Positions 33,252 to 45,807 of a DNA stretch of 64,000 bases are shown here, piece after piece; the stretch's first letter is position 1; the number at the start of each line of letters is the position of its first letter. The stretch is from an uncultured Chloroflexia bacterium (GTDB lineage: Bacteria > Chloroflexota > Dehalococcoidia > GIF9 > UBA5629), in the NCBI GenBank assembly GCA_963842805.1, contig CAWJIA010000012.1, positions 284,623-348,622 on the forward strand, in the 5' to 3' direction. The notes under the pieces were generated by a model. That model did not search any database. It was not told the origin of the DNA and saw only the letters and a list, made by a program, of their open reading frames with translations. Position numbers and translations under genes: made by a program.

Positions 33252-34212
33252 ACTAGGTTGCTCCAGCCGTTTAATGGTCATCTTGGGCATTATAGTTCTT
33301 GCGCTCTTCCTGACATCGTTTGTCATGGGACCGCTCGGCAGCAAGTTTTTCAATATCCAGGTCCCCAAGGACCTGCAGGTATCCAAACCCTTCGTACAGC
33401 TTCCTTCCGAACCGATTTTCTACATAGGCGGATTCAAGATCACCAACACCGTTATAGCATCGTGGATTACCATACTGGTGCTATTCCTGCTGTTCTTCTC
33501 TGCCACTAGGAAGATGAAACTCATACCGGGAAGGATGCAGAGTTTTGCCGAAGTGGTGGTCGAAGGCATTTATAATACCATTGAGGGCGTAGCCGGAGAA
33601 AAACACGTGCGTACGTTTTTCCCGTTGATTACTACCATATTTTTATATGTCGTTACCAACGCTCTGCTAGCCCTTATTCCTCTGTGGGGTACCTGGGGAC
33701 CGATAGAACACAGCGCAGAGGGCACGGTTATCGTCCCGTTCCTGCGGGCAGCCAATACCGATATTAACCTTACGCTTTCTATTGCGCTTATATCTTTCTG
33801 CTTTATTGAATACCTTGGCTTCAGCAAGATCGGCCCGCTCAAGTATATCGATTCATTTTTCAAGTTCAGCGAGCTGGGCAAAGCCTTCGGAAAGCTTTTC
33901 AAAGGCGACGGCAAATCGTTTATCAGCGGCTTTGCTTTCGGTTTCATCAATATATATGTAGGGCTGCTGGAAATTTTAAGCCACTTTATCAGAATAGTAA
34001 GCTTTACCTTCCGTCTATTTGGCAACATGACTGCCGGTGAAATATTGCTCGGCGTAATGACCTTCCTGGTAGCTTTTATAGCTCCCGTCCCGTTCTACGG
34101 ACTTGAAACCCTGGTCGGTTTCCTGCAGGCTATGATCTTTGCCGGGTTAACACTGGTATTCGGAGTAATGGCAGTAACCTCGCACCAAGAAGAGGGTGCT
34201 GAACAACATTAA
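33244..34212 (+). CDS. atpB: F0F1 ATP synthase subunit a
   Basis: Polytopic protein. The conserved Arg is in the penultimate helix (RLFGNMTAGE). Confidence 0.9.
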   Translation: MSKLGCSSRLMVILGIIVLALFLTSFVMGPLGSKFFNIQVPKDLQVSKPFVQLPSEPIFYIGGFKITNTVIASWITILVLFLLFFSATRKMKLIPGRMQSFAEVVVEGIYNTIEGVAGEKHVRTFFPLITTIFLYVVTNALLALIPLWGTWGPIEHSAEGTVIVPFLRAANTDINLTLSIALISFCFIEYLGFSKIGPLKYIDSFFKFSELGKAFGKLFKGDGKSFISGFAFGFINIYVGLLEILSHFIRIVSFTFRLFGNMTAGEILLGVMTFLVAFIAPVPFYGLETLVGFLQAMIFAGLTLVFGVMAVTSHQEEGAEQH

Positions 34213-34243
34213 TAATTACGGACAAGTAAAAAGGAGGAATTAG

Positions 34244-34474
<231 letters not shown>

Positions 34475-34581
34475 TAACTTTGAAAGGCAGGGCACGTACT
34501 TGGTTGCGCGCCCGCCCGGTGACTGAAATTATAGCTGGCACCGCATGAGAAAATACAGGAAAATGGAAGTTTGAGGTAAAT

Positions 34582-35082
34582 ATGGAAAGTATCGGCATTA
34601 ATTGGCAACTGCTGGTTGCTTTTCTGGTCAACTTCCTTGTTTTGTTCGGCCTTCTCACCGCAATCCTGTACAAGCCGGTCCTCAAGATGCTGGACGAAAG
34701 ACAGGCTAAGATAAAGGAAAGCCTTGAACAGGCAGAGAAAATAAAGGAGCAGACAAGCCGCAGCGAAGAGCAGATCAAAGCAGCGGTTGAAGCTGCACGC
34801 AAAGAAGGGCAAGTGATAATTGCCCAGGCCTCCCAGATTGCTGAGAAAATAAAGGAAGAGGCCAAAGACGGAGCACGCAAGGAAGCAGACGCTATCATCG
34901 ACAAGGCCAGAGCTGAGATCAAACTGGAGCGTGACAAGTCCATTGCAGAGCTGCGATCAGAGTTCTCCAACCTTGCTGTCCTCGCAGCAGAGAAGGTAAT
35001 TAAGGAATCACTAGACGCACAGAAACACCGCAAACTTATCAATGAGGTACTGGACCAGAGCAATACTTTTAAACGAAATTAG
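34582..35082 (+). CDS. atpF: F0F1 ATP synthase subunit b
   Basis: A single N-terminal TM helix is followed by a long charged, Ala/Glu/Lys-rich helix. Its position in the operon also fits. Confidence 0.85.
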   Translation: MESIGINWQLLVAFLVNFLVLFGLLTAILYKPVLKMLDERQAKIKESLEQAEKIKEQTSRSEEQIKAAVEAARKEGQVIIAQASQIAEKIKEEAKDGARKEADAIIDKARAEIKLERDKSIAELRSEFSNLAVLAAEKVIKESLDAQKHRKLINEVLDQSNTFKRN

Positions 35083-35095
35083 ACAGGATAGATAA

Positions 35096-35635
35096 ATGAT
35101 ATCGACGATTTCTGCCAGGCGTTATGCTCAAGCGATTTTCCAGATCGCAGAGACGAATAAGAACCCGGATGAATGGCAAAAAGAGCTCCACAAGCTTGCC
35201 AAGCTCATGAAAGATCGTGAGATCGTTAACCTGATCGATCATCCTAAAGTGCCGTTCAATCTAAAATCAGAGCTGATCAAACAGAAGCTTAATACGTCAA
35301 ACGAGCTTGTCCTTAACCTGTGCTCCCTGCTGATTTTAAAGGACAAGTTAAAGAACGTGGACCAGATAGCAGAGGAATACGAGGGACTGCTTGATGAGCG
35401 GCGCGGCATCAAGCATGCCGTGGTAACTACTGCCGTCGCTATCGACGAAACTGAAAAGCAGAAGATTGCAAGCCAGCTAGAAAAAATAACCGGAAAGGAA
35501 GTATCAGTGAAGCTCCAGGTCAACCCATCTATAGTCGGCGGCATGGTCGCCAGAATCGAAGACACCTTAATCGATGGCAGTGTCCGCAACAAGCTGGACC
35601 TGCTTAGGAGAGACCTGGTAGAGGCTAGTAAATAA
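35096..35635 (+). CDS. atpH: F0F1 ATP synthase subunit delta
   Basis: The N-terminus ARRYAQAIF is the OSCP/delta signature. Length 179 aa. Confidence 0.8.
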   Translation: MISTISARRYAQAIFQIAETNKNPDEWQKELHKLAKLMKDREIVNLIDHPKVPFNLKSELIKQKLNTSNELVLNLCSLLILKDKLKNVDQIAEEYEGLLDERRGIKHAVVTTAVAIDETEKQKIASQLEKITGKEVSVKLQVNPSIVGGMVARIEDTLIDGSVRNKLDLLRRDLVEASK

Positions 35636-35650
35636 ACAACCTTTAAGGGG

Positions 35651-37171
35651 GTGAGCAGATTGAAATCCCAGGAAAAAGACATAGTATCGGTAATAAAAGA
35701 ACAAATTGAGCACTTCGGTGCCACTGCCACCATGGTAGACGTTGGAACCGTAGTAGAAGTCGGCGACGGTGTCGCTCGCATCCAGGGCTTACGCAAAGCT
35801 AAGAATAATGAATTGCTTGCCTTCCCCAACGGCATAATGGGGCTGGCACTCAACCTGGAAGAAGATAATGTGGCCGCAGTTATTCTGGGTGAATACAGCC
35901 ATCTTAAAGAAGGCGATGAAGTGCATTGCACCGGTCGCGTCGTCGAAGTTCCGGTTGGAAAAGAGCTCATCGGCCGTGTAGTAAATACGCTGGGCCAGCC
36001 GCTGGACGGTCTGGGACCCATCAAGACATCCAAGACCCGCCCTGTCGAACGTATCGCCCCCAACGTCGTAGACAGGCAGTCGGTAAGCATTTCCGTTCAT
36101 ACCGGTATAAAATGCGTGGATGCGCTCGTACCTATCGGCCGCGGACAGCGCGAGCTTATCATCGGCGACCGCTCCATCGGCAAATCGGCGGTTGCGATCG
36201 ATACTATCATTGCGCAGAAAGGCAAAGACCTGATCTGTATTTACGTGGCCATCGGCCAGAAAACGGCCAAGGTCGCCAATGTCGTAGAAACATTGAGGAA
36301 ATACGGCGCCATGGAACACACCGTGGTCGTGGTTGCCACCTCCTCCGATCCCGCCTCGATGCAATACCTGTCGGCCTATGCAGGCTGCGCTATCGGCGAA
36401 GAGTTCATGGAGCAGGGCAAGGATGCCTTAATCATATATGATGACCTTTCCAAGCATGCCTGGGCCTACCGGCAGGTATCTCTGATCCTGCGCCGACCGC
36501 CCGGCCGTGAAGCCTATCCTGGCGATGTGTTCTATCTGCACTCCAGGCTTCTGGAGCGCGCTGCCAAGCTCTCCGCAGAGCTCGGCGGTGGTTCCCTTAC
36601 CGCCCTGCCTATCATCGAAATCCAGGCCGGCGACATGTCGGCTTATATCCCCACCAATGTTATTTCGATCACCGACGGCCAGATACTGTTGGAAACAGAC
36701 ATGTTCAATGCCGGTATCCGTCCTTCGCTGAACGTAGGTCTTTCGGTATCCCGCGTAGGCGGCAATGCACAAACCAAAGCCATGCGCCAGGTTGCCGGCA
36801 AACTCAGGCTGGATATGGCCCAGTATGCCGAGCTGGCAACGTTCGCACAATTCGGCGCTTCGGACCTGGACAAAGCTACTCTGGCACAGCTCGAACGCGG
36901 CAAGCGCATGACCGAGATTCTCAAACAGCCGCAATATGCACCGCTTTCGCTGGAAAATGAGGTCATGATACTCTTTGCTGTTACCAACGGATTCATCGAT
37001 GACGTCCCCGTCGAAAAAGTATCCGCCTTCGAGAATGCATTCTACAAATTCATGGCCAACAGCCATCCTGCGGTCTGCCAAAAGATAGCATCCGACAAAC
37101 AGTTGAAACCGGAAACTGAAGCAGAACTCAAGAAGGCAATCGCAGAATTTAAACAGAGCTCTGCTTATTGA
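35651..37171 (+). CDS. atpA: F0F1 ATP synthase subunit alpha
   Basis: Walker A GDRSIGKS and the alpha signature blocks are present. GTG start. Confidence 0.95.
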   Translation: MSRLKSQEKDIVSVIKEQIEHFGATATMVDVGTVVEVGDGVARIQGLRKAKNNELLAFPNGIMGLALNLEEDNVAAVILGEYSHLKEGDEVHCTGRVVEVPVGKELIGRVVNTLGQPLDGLGPIKTSKTRPVERIAPNVVDRQSVSISVHTGIKCVDALVPIGRGQRELIIGDRSIGKSAVAIDTIIAQKGKDLICIYVAIGQKTAKVANVVETLRKYGAMEHTVVVVATSSDPASMQYLSAYAGCAIGEEFMEQGKDALIIYDDLSKHAWAYRQVSLILRRPPGREAYPGDVFYLHSRLLERAAKLSAELGGGSLTALPIIEIQAGDMSAYIPTNVISITDGQILLETDMFNAGIRPSLNVGLSVSRVGGNAQTKAMRQVAGKLRLDMAQYAELATFAQFGASDLDKATLAQLERGKRMTEILKQPQYAPLSLENEVMILFAVTNGFIDDVPVEKVSAFENAFYKFMANSHPAVCQKIASDKQLKPETEAELKKAIAEFKQSSAY

Positions 37172-37180
37172 GGCGATTAG

Positions 37181-39440
<2,260 letters not shown>

Positions 39441-39442
39441 TT

Positions 39443-39883
39443 ATGCCGACTGTAAAGTTAGAGATTGTCACTGCTGAACGCCAGGTCTTTTCCGAGGACG
39501 TGACCACCATCATTGCCGAGGGCATAGAGGGGCAGATGACTATTCTTCCCAAGCATGCCCCCCTGATCACCATGCTGGCGCCGGGTGAACTCGTTATCCG
39601 CAAAGACGGCGAAGAGATGTATATGTCTATAAGCGGCGGATTCCTTGAGGTCAGGCCGGAGAAGGTAATCGTACTGGCGGATGCCTGCGAGCGCAGCGAT
39701 GAGATCGATATTGAGCGCGCGAGGGAAGCCAAGCGCAGAGCAGAGGAAAGGTTGAAGAACCTGACAACCGAGATCGATCAGAGCAGGGCAGAGGCAGCTT
39801 TAAGACGGTCTATGGCCCGCTTGCGTGTTGTCGAAAAACGCCGCAGGACTCCCGGATACAGGCCAAGCGGCACATCAGTATAA
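39443..39883 (+). CDS. atpC: F0F1 ATP synthase subunit epsilon
   Basis: Last gene of the operon. It has a beta-sandwich N-terminal region and a C-terminal helical Arg/Glu-rich tail. Confidence 0.85.
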   Translation: MPTVKLEIVTAERQVFSEDVTTIIAEGIEGQMTILPKHAPLITMLAPGELVIRKDGEEMYMSISGGFLEVRPEKVIVLADACERSDEIDIERAREAKRRAEERLKNLTTEIDQSRAEAALRRSMARLRVVEKRRRTPGYRPSGTSV

Positions 39884-39901
39884 GCTAAATATAAAAAATA
39901 C

Positions 39902-39939
39902 AAGCCAATATCGACCATGCGATCGATATTGGCTTTTTT
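39902..39939. terminator. Rho-independent terminator after atp operon (possibly bidirectional)
   Basis: The arms AAGCCAATATCGA and TCGATATTGGCTT form a 13-bp stem, followed by TTTTTT. Confidence 0.6.
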
Positions 39940-39960
39940 ATTAAATTAACCGGATTTTGT

Positions 39961-40191
39961 TTAGACGATTTCTAGCCTAACCCTGGTACCTTCTTTGGTG
40001 GCAACCACACGCAAAAGGGTGCGCATAGCTTCGGCAACCCTTCCCTGCTTGCCTATCACCCTGCCCTTATCCTCCACATTGACTTCCAGTTTGATAACTA
40101 CTCCACCCGAGTCAGTCTCTTCAGTAACTTTGACATCATTGGGTGCGCTGACGATGGACTTGGAAATGTATTCGACTAACTCCTTCATCAT
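39961..40191 (-). CDS. KH-domain RNA-binding protein (UPF0109/YlqC family)
   Basis: 76 aa with the GKQGR KH motif ([15 protein letters not shown]). It lies downstream of rpsP, as ylqC does. Confidence 0.75.
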   Translation of the reverse strand: MMKELVEYISKSIVSAPNDVKVTEETDSGGVVIKLEVNVEDKGRVIGKQGRVAEAMRTLLRVVATKEGTRVRLEIV

Positions 40192-40532
40192 GACTTCACC
40201 TCAGTACTAGATTTAGATTTTTTCTTCTGTTTCTGAGTAGTCTTCTGTACCGCCTGCCTGAACTTCCTGGATGGATGAGCCGATTTGAATTTGTCCATAA
40301 CCCCGGCTTTGGACAACAATCTATACGTTGTCTCACTCGGCTGAGCACCTTTCTCCAACCATGCCAGAGCTTTTTCATCGTCAACATTTATAGTTTCGGG
40401 ATCGTTAAGGGGATTATAATTCCCGATAACTTCTATAAAGGCGCCTCCCCGAGGTGATCTGCTGTCAGCTACTACTATTCTGTACGCTGGTTTGTGTCGG
40501 GCGCCTATTCTTCTTAACCTGATTTTTACCAT
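40188..40532 (-). CDS. rpsP: 30S ribosomal protein S16 (with basic C-terminal extension)
   Basis: [30 protein letters not shown] is the canonical S16 N-terminus. Confidence 0.9.
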   Translation of the reverse strand: MVKIRLRRIGARHKPAYRIVVADSRSPRGGAFIEVIGNYNPLNDPETINVDDEKALAWLEKGAQPSETTYRLLSKAGVMDKFKSAHPSRKFRQAVQKTTQKQKKKSKSSTEVKS

Positions 40533-40671
40533 GATTTCAGTCTAACTTAATTAGTCCTCCGTTTTTATCCGCTATTATGCATGAAGCATATGTACCTGTC
40601 AACAATATCACCGATTGCTCCTCTCTCATTTTGACTGGAAATAATATAAGTTTCCGAAATGAAAACCCGTT

Positions 40672-41136
40672 TTATTCCACATTAAAGGGGATAGACAGTT
40701 TTTCTGCGCTGTTAACCGATATGACCACCTTATAGTCGCCCTTGTCCCAACTGCCGTTATTAGGCGCGTCCAGATAAAATGCCAGGTAATAGTTATCAGT
40801 TGTGCTCTGTGCAATAGTGACGGTCTCATTCAGCAAAGTGTTCTCTTTTCCAACTGCTTCACCCTTCAGATAATACCAGCTGGCTTTAATCATATCTTCA
40901 GGAACAACTCCGGACACTTTGAAAGAGCAGTAAATCGCTTTGGTGTCGGTAGCAAAGGAGGCCTTAACAGGGCCGGTCGGCATGGAGTCGTCATCTACTG
41001 AGGTTGTCATAACTCCGGCGGTGACAGTTGAATTACTGGGCTTAGCGGCTGGAGGGGCACTTCCTGCGCTCGAACATGCCGAAAGGATACATAAAGCTGC
41101 AAGGATAATGATCATTAAAGCCGATATCGATTTCAT
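40672..41136 (-). CDS. Putative lipoprotein of unknown function
   Basis: It carries a signal peptide with a lipobox (LCILSAC). It is Ser/Thr/Ala-rich after the Cys, and local GC is somewhat lower than in the neighbours. Confidence 0.45.
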   Translation of the reverse strand: MKSISALMIIILAALCILSACSSAGSAPPAAKPSNSTVTAGVMTTSVDDDSMPTGPVKASFATDTKAIYCSFKVSGVVPEDMIKASWYYLKGEAVGKENTLLNETVTIAQSTTDNYYLAFYLDAPNNGSWDKGDYKVVISVNSAEKLSIPFNVE

Positions 41137-41261
41137 TTATTTGCTCCAAACTACATTTTCAATGCGTTGCTATCTAATTGTCCCGATGTAATTTTAGAAC
41201 CAACAATATTAATTTTCAATTTTCGTACGTGTGCGGATGCTGCCCGACATTGCGGGGAGAT

Positions 41262-41987
41262 CTATCTTTTAGCTTTAGATTTATGACCGAAGGGACATAT
41301 TTGAACGCAGATGCCGCAGGCCTCGATCCCCACCTTTTGTTTTCGTTCCTGCCATATGTACCGTAAACACTTGTGGGCATCCATCCTGACTTCCCTGGGC
41401 TCGTGCTGGTCGAAACTTCGCCCGGTGAAGGCCCCGGCAGGACAACTTGAAACGCAAAGATCACAGCCTCCGCACCCTTTTCCGGTGTAAGGCATTCCTG
41501 CCTGGCCGACAAAATCCGTTAATACAGTACCCCATCTGACGCGCGGCCCACGGTCAGGAGTTATCAACAGGCAACTCTTGCCTATCCATCCCAACCCGGC
41601 AAGGTTGGCTGCCATCTTATGTGAAAACAGTCCAGTAAGGTTTGGGGCGTCCACCGTGTGGCTGGCCGGAACAGCCAGCGCCTGATATCCTGCCTCTGAT
41701 ACCGTACCAGCGACCGACAACGTGATATCGTTGATCCGCGGATTTACAACCTCGTATACATGATACCTGTAATTGCTAAGCGCAAATAGATCGCCGACAT
41801 CATTAATAGCATCGACTATTCCATCCAATAGCGGAAAACCAATCGATATCGCCGCTTTATATCTGGAAATCAACTTCTCCTCGTAGGGGGTCGTCCGTCC
41901 GTTTTTGGCCGGTTCAAGATCGGCCATGCCGAAATAGGCAGCCCCCATTTCCAGGGCTATCTTCTTGATCTTTTGTTTCAGTTCCAT
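41262..41987 (-). CDS. 4Fe-4S dicluster protein, QueG-like (short epoxyqueuosine-reductase-related)
   Basis: Two ferredoxin-type clusters (CGGCDLCVSSCP and CGICVQICP) lie in the C-terminal third. They are preceded by a roughly 170-aa domain reminiscent of the QueG N-terminal domain. Confidence 0.4.
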   Translation of the reverse strand: MELKQKIKKIALEMGAAYFGMADLEPAKNGRTTPYEEKLISRYKAAISIGFPLLDGIVDAINDVGDLFALSNYRYHVYEVVNPRINDITLSVAGTVSEAGYQALAVPASHTVDAPNLTGLFSHKMAANLAGLGWIGKSCLLITPDRGPRVRWGTVLTDFVGQAGMPYTGKGCGGCDLCVSSCPAGAFTGRSFDQHEPREVRMDAHKCLRYIWQERKQKVGIEACGICVQICPFGHKSKAKR

Positions 41988-42096
41988 AATTAACCGCCGG
42001 CAATGTTTTTAGGGAAATATTACCTGTAAAATGCAACCCTGTAAATTAACAGGCGTTATTTGTATTATGAAGTATCCAGCCTTTATAATCAGCTTT

Positions 42097-42783
42097 ATGA
42101 AAATCCCCGTGTTGCACGGCTGGGACCTTACAACCGCAGAAGCACGCGAGTTGCAGGCCAGACTAGCCCTCAGGGTAATCCGCTCAAAGACCGGCATCAG
42201 ACCCCAGACCATCGGCGGAATCGACGTATCGGTATCCCGTTTTTCCAGGCTGGGACGGGCGGCTGTGGTCGTCTTAAGTTATCCTTCCATGGAACTGGTC
42301 GACATGGCCACGGCTGAAGCTGAAATCGATTTCCCCTACATCCCCGGGCTTCTTTCATTCAGGGAAACGCCGCTAATCATTAAAGCCTTCAAAAAGTTAA
42401 GTTGCAGACCTGATATGATCATGGTTGACGGTCAGGGCATAGCCCACCCGCGCCGCTTGGGCATCGCCTCTCACCTGGGACTATTGCTGGATATTACCAG
42501 CATAGGCTGCGCCAAATCCCGTTTGACCGGCACTCATGACCCACTACCGCCGGAGAGGGGAGCTTACAAGCCTCTAATAGACGGTGACGAGACAATAGGG
42601 GCGGCAGTCAGGACGAAGCTGGCTGTCAATCCGCTTTATATCTCGATCGGCCATAAAATCGGTCTTGATGACTCGATATCGTATGTACTTAACTGCTGCC
42701 GCGGCTTTCGTCTGCCGGAGCCTACCAGGCTGGCACATATGGCAGCCGGTGGGGCATTGGTAGCTAAAAAACTCATGCGTTAG
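42097..42783 (+). CDS. nfi: Endonuclease V (deoxyinosine 3' endonuclease)
   Basis: Conserved endo V blocks are present ([43 protein letters not shown]). The start is ambiguous among in-frame ATGs at 42031, 42067 and 42097. Confidence 0.8.
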   Translation: MKIPVLHGWDLTTAEARELQARLALRVIRSKTGIRPQTIGGIDVSVSRFSRLGRAAVVVLSYPSMELVDMATAEAEIDFPYIPGLLSFRETPLIIKAFKKLSCRPDMIMVDGQGIAHPRRLGIASHLGLLLDITSIGCAKSRLTGTHDPLPPERGAYKPLIDGDETIGAAVRTKLAVNPLYISIGHKIGLDDSISYVLNCCRGFRLPEPTRLAHMAAGGALVAKKLMR

Positions 42784-42799
42784 CACAACAGGAAAAACT

Positions 42800-43904
42800 A
42801 TGCTGGAAGAAAAGAACCGCATCGAAGAGTTGCATCGCAGAATATCTGCGATCATGGAGCATCTTTGACATCGCAGGCAAAGAGAAGGAGCTGATATCTT
42901 TAGAATCACGTACGTCCGACCCCCAATTCTGGTCGTACCAGCAAAAAGCCCAGATCACCATGAGGCAGATCGGAGCACTTAAGGACAGCATATCGACCTG
43001 GAACGGAATCAGTAAGAAATCCTCCGAACTCTCCGAAGTTATTTCCATCGCACTGGACGAAAACGATGATTCGCTTAAAGATGATGTACAAAAGGAAATC
43101 GACAAGCTCACAGCGCGCTTCGACGAAATGGAGACCCAGCTCATGCTGGATGGGCCGTATGATAACAGGGACGCCATCCTTGCCTTTCATGCCGGCGCCG
43201 GAGGGACCGAGTCACAGGACTGGGCACAGATGCTAATGCGCATGTTCCTGCGCTGGGCCGAACGACGTAAATTCAAGTCCGACGTTCTCGACGTATCACC
43301 CGGCGACGAGGCCGGCATTAAGAGCGCAACTATCGAAATCAAGGGGAATTTCGCTTACGGCAACCTCAAATCCGAGCATGGTGTCCACAGGCTGGTACGG
43401 TTATCTCCCTTCGACGCCGACCATGCGCGTCATACGTCGTTCGCACTGGTGGAAGTCATGCCGGTGGCCGAGGAAAAGACAGACCTTCAGATAAGCCCCG
43501 ACGACATAAGGATCGACACGTTCCGCTCCAGCGGCCCGGGAGGCCAGCATATGCAAAAGACCAGCAGCGCGGTTAGAATTACACATATACCGACCGGGCT
43601 GGTTGTAAGCTGCCAGAGCGAGCGGTCACAGCACCAGAATAAGGAAAGCGCCCTCAGGGTACTGTTCGCCCGCCTGCTGGAAGTGGAGATCGAAAAAAGG
43701 GAGGCTGAGCAGGCCAAGATCAAAGGTAAACGTATAGACGCCGGCTGGGGCAACCAGATACGAAGCTACGTTCTGCAGCCTTATAAAATGGTCAAGGACC
43801 ATAGAACGGAATATGAGACCAGCAACACCACGGCGGTGCTGGACGGATATATAGATGATTTCATGAGCGCCTACCTGCGCTCGAAAGTTGGAGAAGATAA
43901 ATGA
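42800..43904 (+). CDS. prfB: Peptide chain release factor 2, translated via programmed +1 ribosomal frameshift
   Basis: Frame A, ATG 42800 to CTT TGA at 42863-42868, encodes MLEEKNRIEELHRRISAIMEHL. The body is in the +1 frame (GAC at 42867 onward), which runs into ORF 42960..43904. It contains SPF and GGQ (GPGGQHMQKTSSA). Confidence 0.85.
42856..42869 (+). other. RF2 autoregulatory +1 frameshift site (SD-like GGAG, then CUU UGA C)
   Basis: The sequence is GGAGCAUCUUUGAC. It matches the E. coli prfB shifty site: CUU then UGA with a following C, and an internal SD-like element 3 nt upstream. Confidence 0.75.
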
Positions 43905-45106
43905 CCTGGAAAATTTCAATTATATTAATCGTCATACTGGCAATTTTGATACCGGTAGCAGTCTCGGCTGATAGCAGCATCAAACTGATCAGCTCTGATA
44001 CAAAGCTGGATTTCCCCTCTTCGCTGACATTTAACATCAAGGCCGAAAGCCAGGCGCCGATAACCCATATCAGACTGCGCTATGCGGTACAGCAGATGAC
44101 ATACGCGCCCACCTTCGCAGAGGTGTGGCCCGATTTTAAACCGGATACAAGCGTCTCCACGAGTTGGACCTGGGACATGCGTACCGGCGACCTGCCGCCG
44201 GGCGCCGGGGTTAATTACTGGTGGGTCATCGAAGACAGCTCTGGAAACACGTTGACCACCCCACAACAGGCTGTTTCCTTCGATGATACGAACCACAAGT
44301 GGATGGAAGTCAGCGAAGATAATATATCCGTCCACTGGTACCAGGGCAACACTGACTTTGGCAACAGGTTGCTCAAAGCCGCTATCACCGCTAAAAATAT
44401 GCAGGAGCACGATACCGGCGCATTGGTCGGCAAGCCGGTAAACATATATATATACGGCAGCCAACAGGACCTTCTAAGCTCCATGATATCGGCTCAGGAA
44501 TGGACAGGAGGAAGGGCCCGGCCGGAGTTTAACATTATTTTGCTGTCCATCTCCCCCTCCGATCTGGATTGGGGGGAGAAAGCAGTAGCTCACGAGATGG
44601 GCCACCTGGTGACGCATCAGATAACATCGAGTCCCTACGGTTCCACCTTGCCACCTTGGTTGGACGAGGGACTTGCCATGCACGCAGAGGGGGCACAAAG
44701 TGATTCAGATGTGACTTTACTGAAAGACGCCATCTCCGCCGGCAATATAGCTACCCTGCAGACGCTCTCAAGCCCTTTTTCGGCCGATCCACAGGAGGCT
44801 TATCTTGACTATGCACAAAGCCAGAGCATTGTTGAGTTCCTGTTAAATAAATACGGCAATGACAATATGAACCTGCTTTTGGTCAACCTGAACAACGGCT
44901 TTTCAATGGACGATGCATTGACGAATGTATACGGGTTTAACCTGGATGACCTTGACTCCGCCTGGCTTAAATACATGCTGCCCTCACCGAACGGTAATGA
45001 AGTTCATCACAACCTCATGCGGCTTGAACTGCCGTCCACTCCTATAGCCATCGGCATATTCTTCGTAAACCAGCAGCAAGTCCAAGTTGCCATGGGAGCA
45101 ATTTAA
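43901..45106 (+). CDS. Secreted zinc metallopeptidase-like protein (MA clan, HEXXH)
   Basis: It has an N-terminal signal peptide (ILIVILAILIPVAVSA) and an HEMGHLVTH zincin motif in the C-terminal half. Its start overlaps the prfB stop (ATGA). Confidence 0.55.
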   Translation: MTWKISIILIVILAILIPVAVSADSSIKLISSDTKLDFPSSLTFNIKAESQAPITHIRLRYAVQQMTYAPTFAEVWPDFKPDTSVSTSWTWDMRTGDLPPGAGVNYWWVIEDSSGNTLTTPQQAVSFDDTNHKWMEVSEDNISVHWYQGNTDFGNRLLKAAITAKNMQEHDTGALVGKPVNIYIYGSQQDLLSSMISAQEWTGGRARPEFNIILLSISPSDLDWGEKAVAHEMGHLVTHQITSSPYGSTLPPWLDEGLAMHAEGAQSDSDVTLLKDAISAGNIATLQTLSSPFSADPQEAYLDYAQSQSIVEFLLNKYGNDNMNLLLVNLNNGFSMDDALTNVYGFNLDDLDSAWLKYMLPSPNGNEVHHNLMRLELPSTPIAIGIFFVNQQQVQVAMGAI

Positions 45107-45111
45107 AACAC

Positions 45112-45798
45112 ATGGAAAAATCATATACCATGCACGATTTGCCCAGGTCCGAGAGGCCGCGTGAGAGGCTGCAGAAACACGGCACTGAAGCCCTTTCCAC
45201 AACGGAGTTGCTGGCGCTAATCATGGGCAGAGGGACCAAGGGACAACCGGTCATGATGGCCGCTCAAACGTTACTCGCCAGGTTCGGCAGCCTGCAAAAT
45301 ATCGCTTCGGCATCGATAGAAGAGCTATCAAAAATAAAGGGCATCGGCCCGGCCAAGGCCTGCCAGATCAAGGCCGCCCTCGAGCTTGCCAAAAGGGTGG
45401 ATGACCCGGATTATAAGAAAAGCGCACCTGTAAAATCACCCGAGGAAGCAGTAGCATCTATCAGGAGCACGCTCAAGGGTAAGAAAAAAGAGCATTTTTA
45501 TCTCCTCTGCCTGGATACCAGAAACCATGTGACCAATGTCGACCAGATCTCAGTGGGAAATCTGGACAGCAGCATCGTCCATCCCCGGGAGGTGTTTAAA
45601 ACAGCCATTTCATGCCTGGCTTCCTCCGTTATTTTCGTGCACAACCATCCCTCCGGTGACCTGGAGCCGTCATCAGAGGATATAAATCTTACCAAACGTC
45701 TGACTGAGGCGGGTGAACTGCTGGGCATTCCCGTCCTTGACCATATCATAGTCTGCGATAAAGACTTCACAAGCTTGAAATCAAGGAATTTAATTTGA
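45112..45798 (+). CDS. radC: RadC-family JAMM-motif protein
   Basis: N-terminal helix-hairpin-helix region, then the JAMM motif HNHPSGDLEPSSED. Confidence 0.85.
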   Translation: MEKSYTMHDLPRSERPRERLQKHGTEALSTTELLALIMGRGTKGQPVMMAAQTLLARFGSLQNIASASIEELSKIKGIGPAKACQIKAALELAKRVDDPDYKKSAPVKSPEEAVASIRSTLKGKKKEHFYLLCLDTRNHVTNVDQISVGNLDSSIVHPREVFKTAISCLASSVIFVHNHPSGDLEPSSEDINLTKRLTEAGELLGIPVLDHIIVCDKDFTSLKSRNLI

Positions 45799-45807
45799 GG
45801 TCAATGT

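Noticed and set aside
35239-36090. 283-aa ORF antisense to atpH/atpA
   Set aside because: Shadow ORF inside the ATP synthase operon. Composition is Ser/Thr/Pro-skewed, as expected from reverse-reading a GC-rich gene.
42960-43904. ORF-track start of RF2 at Met 42960
   Set aside because: It is an internal Met. The real prfB starts at 42800 and reaches this frame through the programmed +1 frameshift at 42866.
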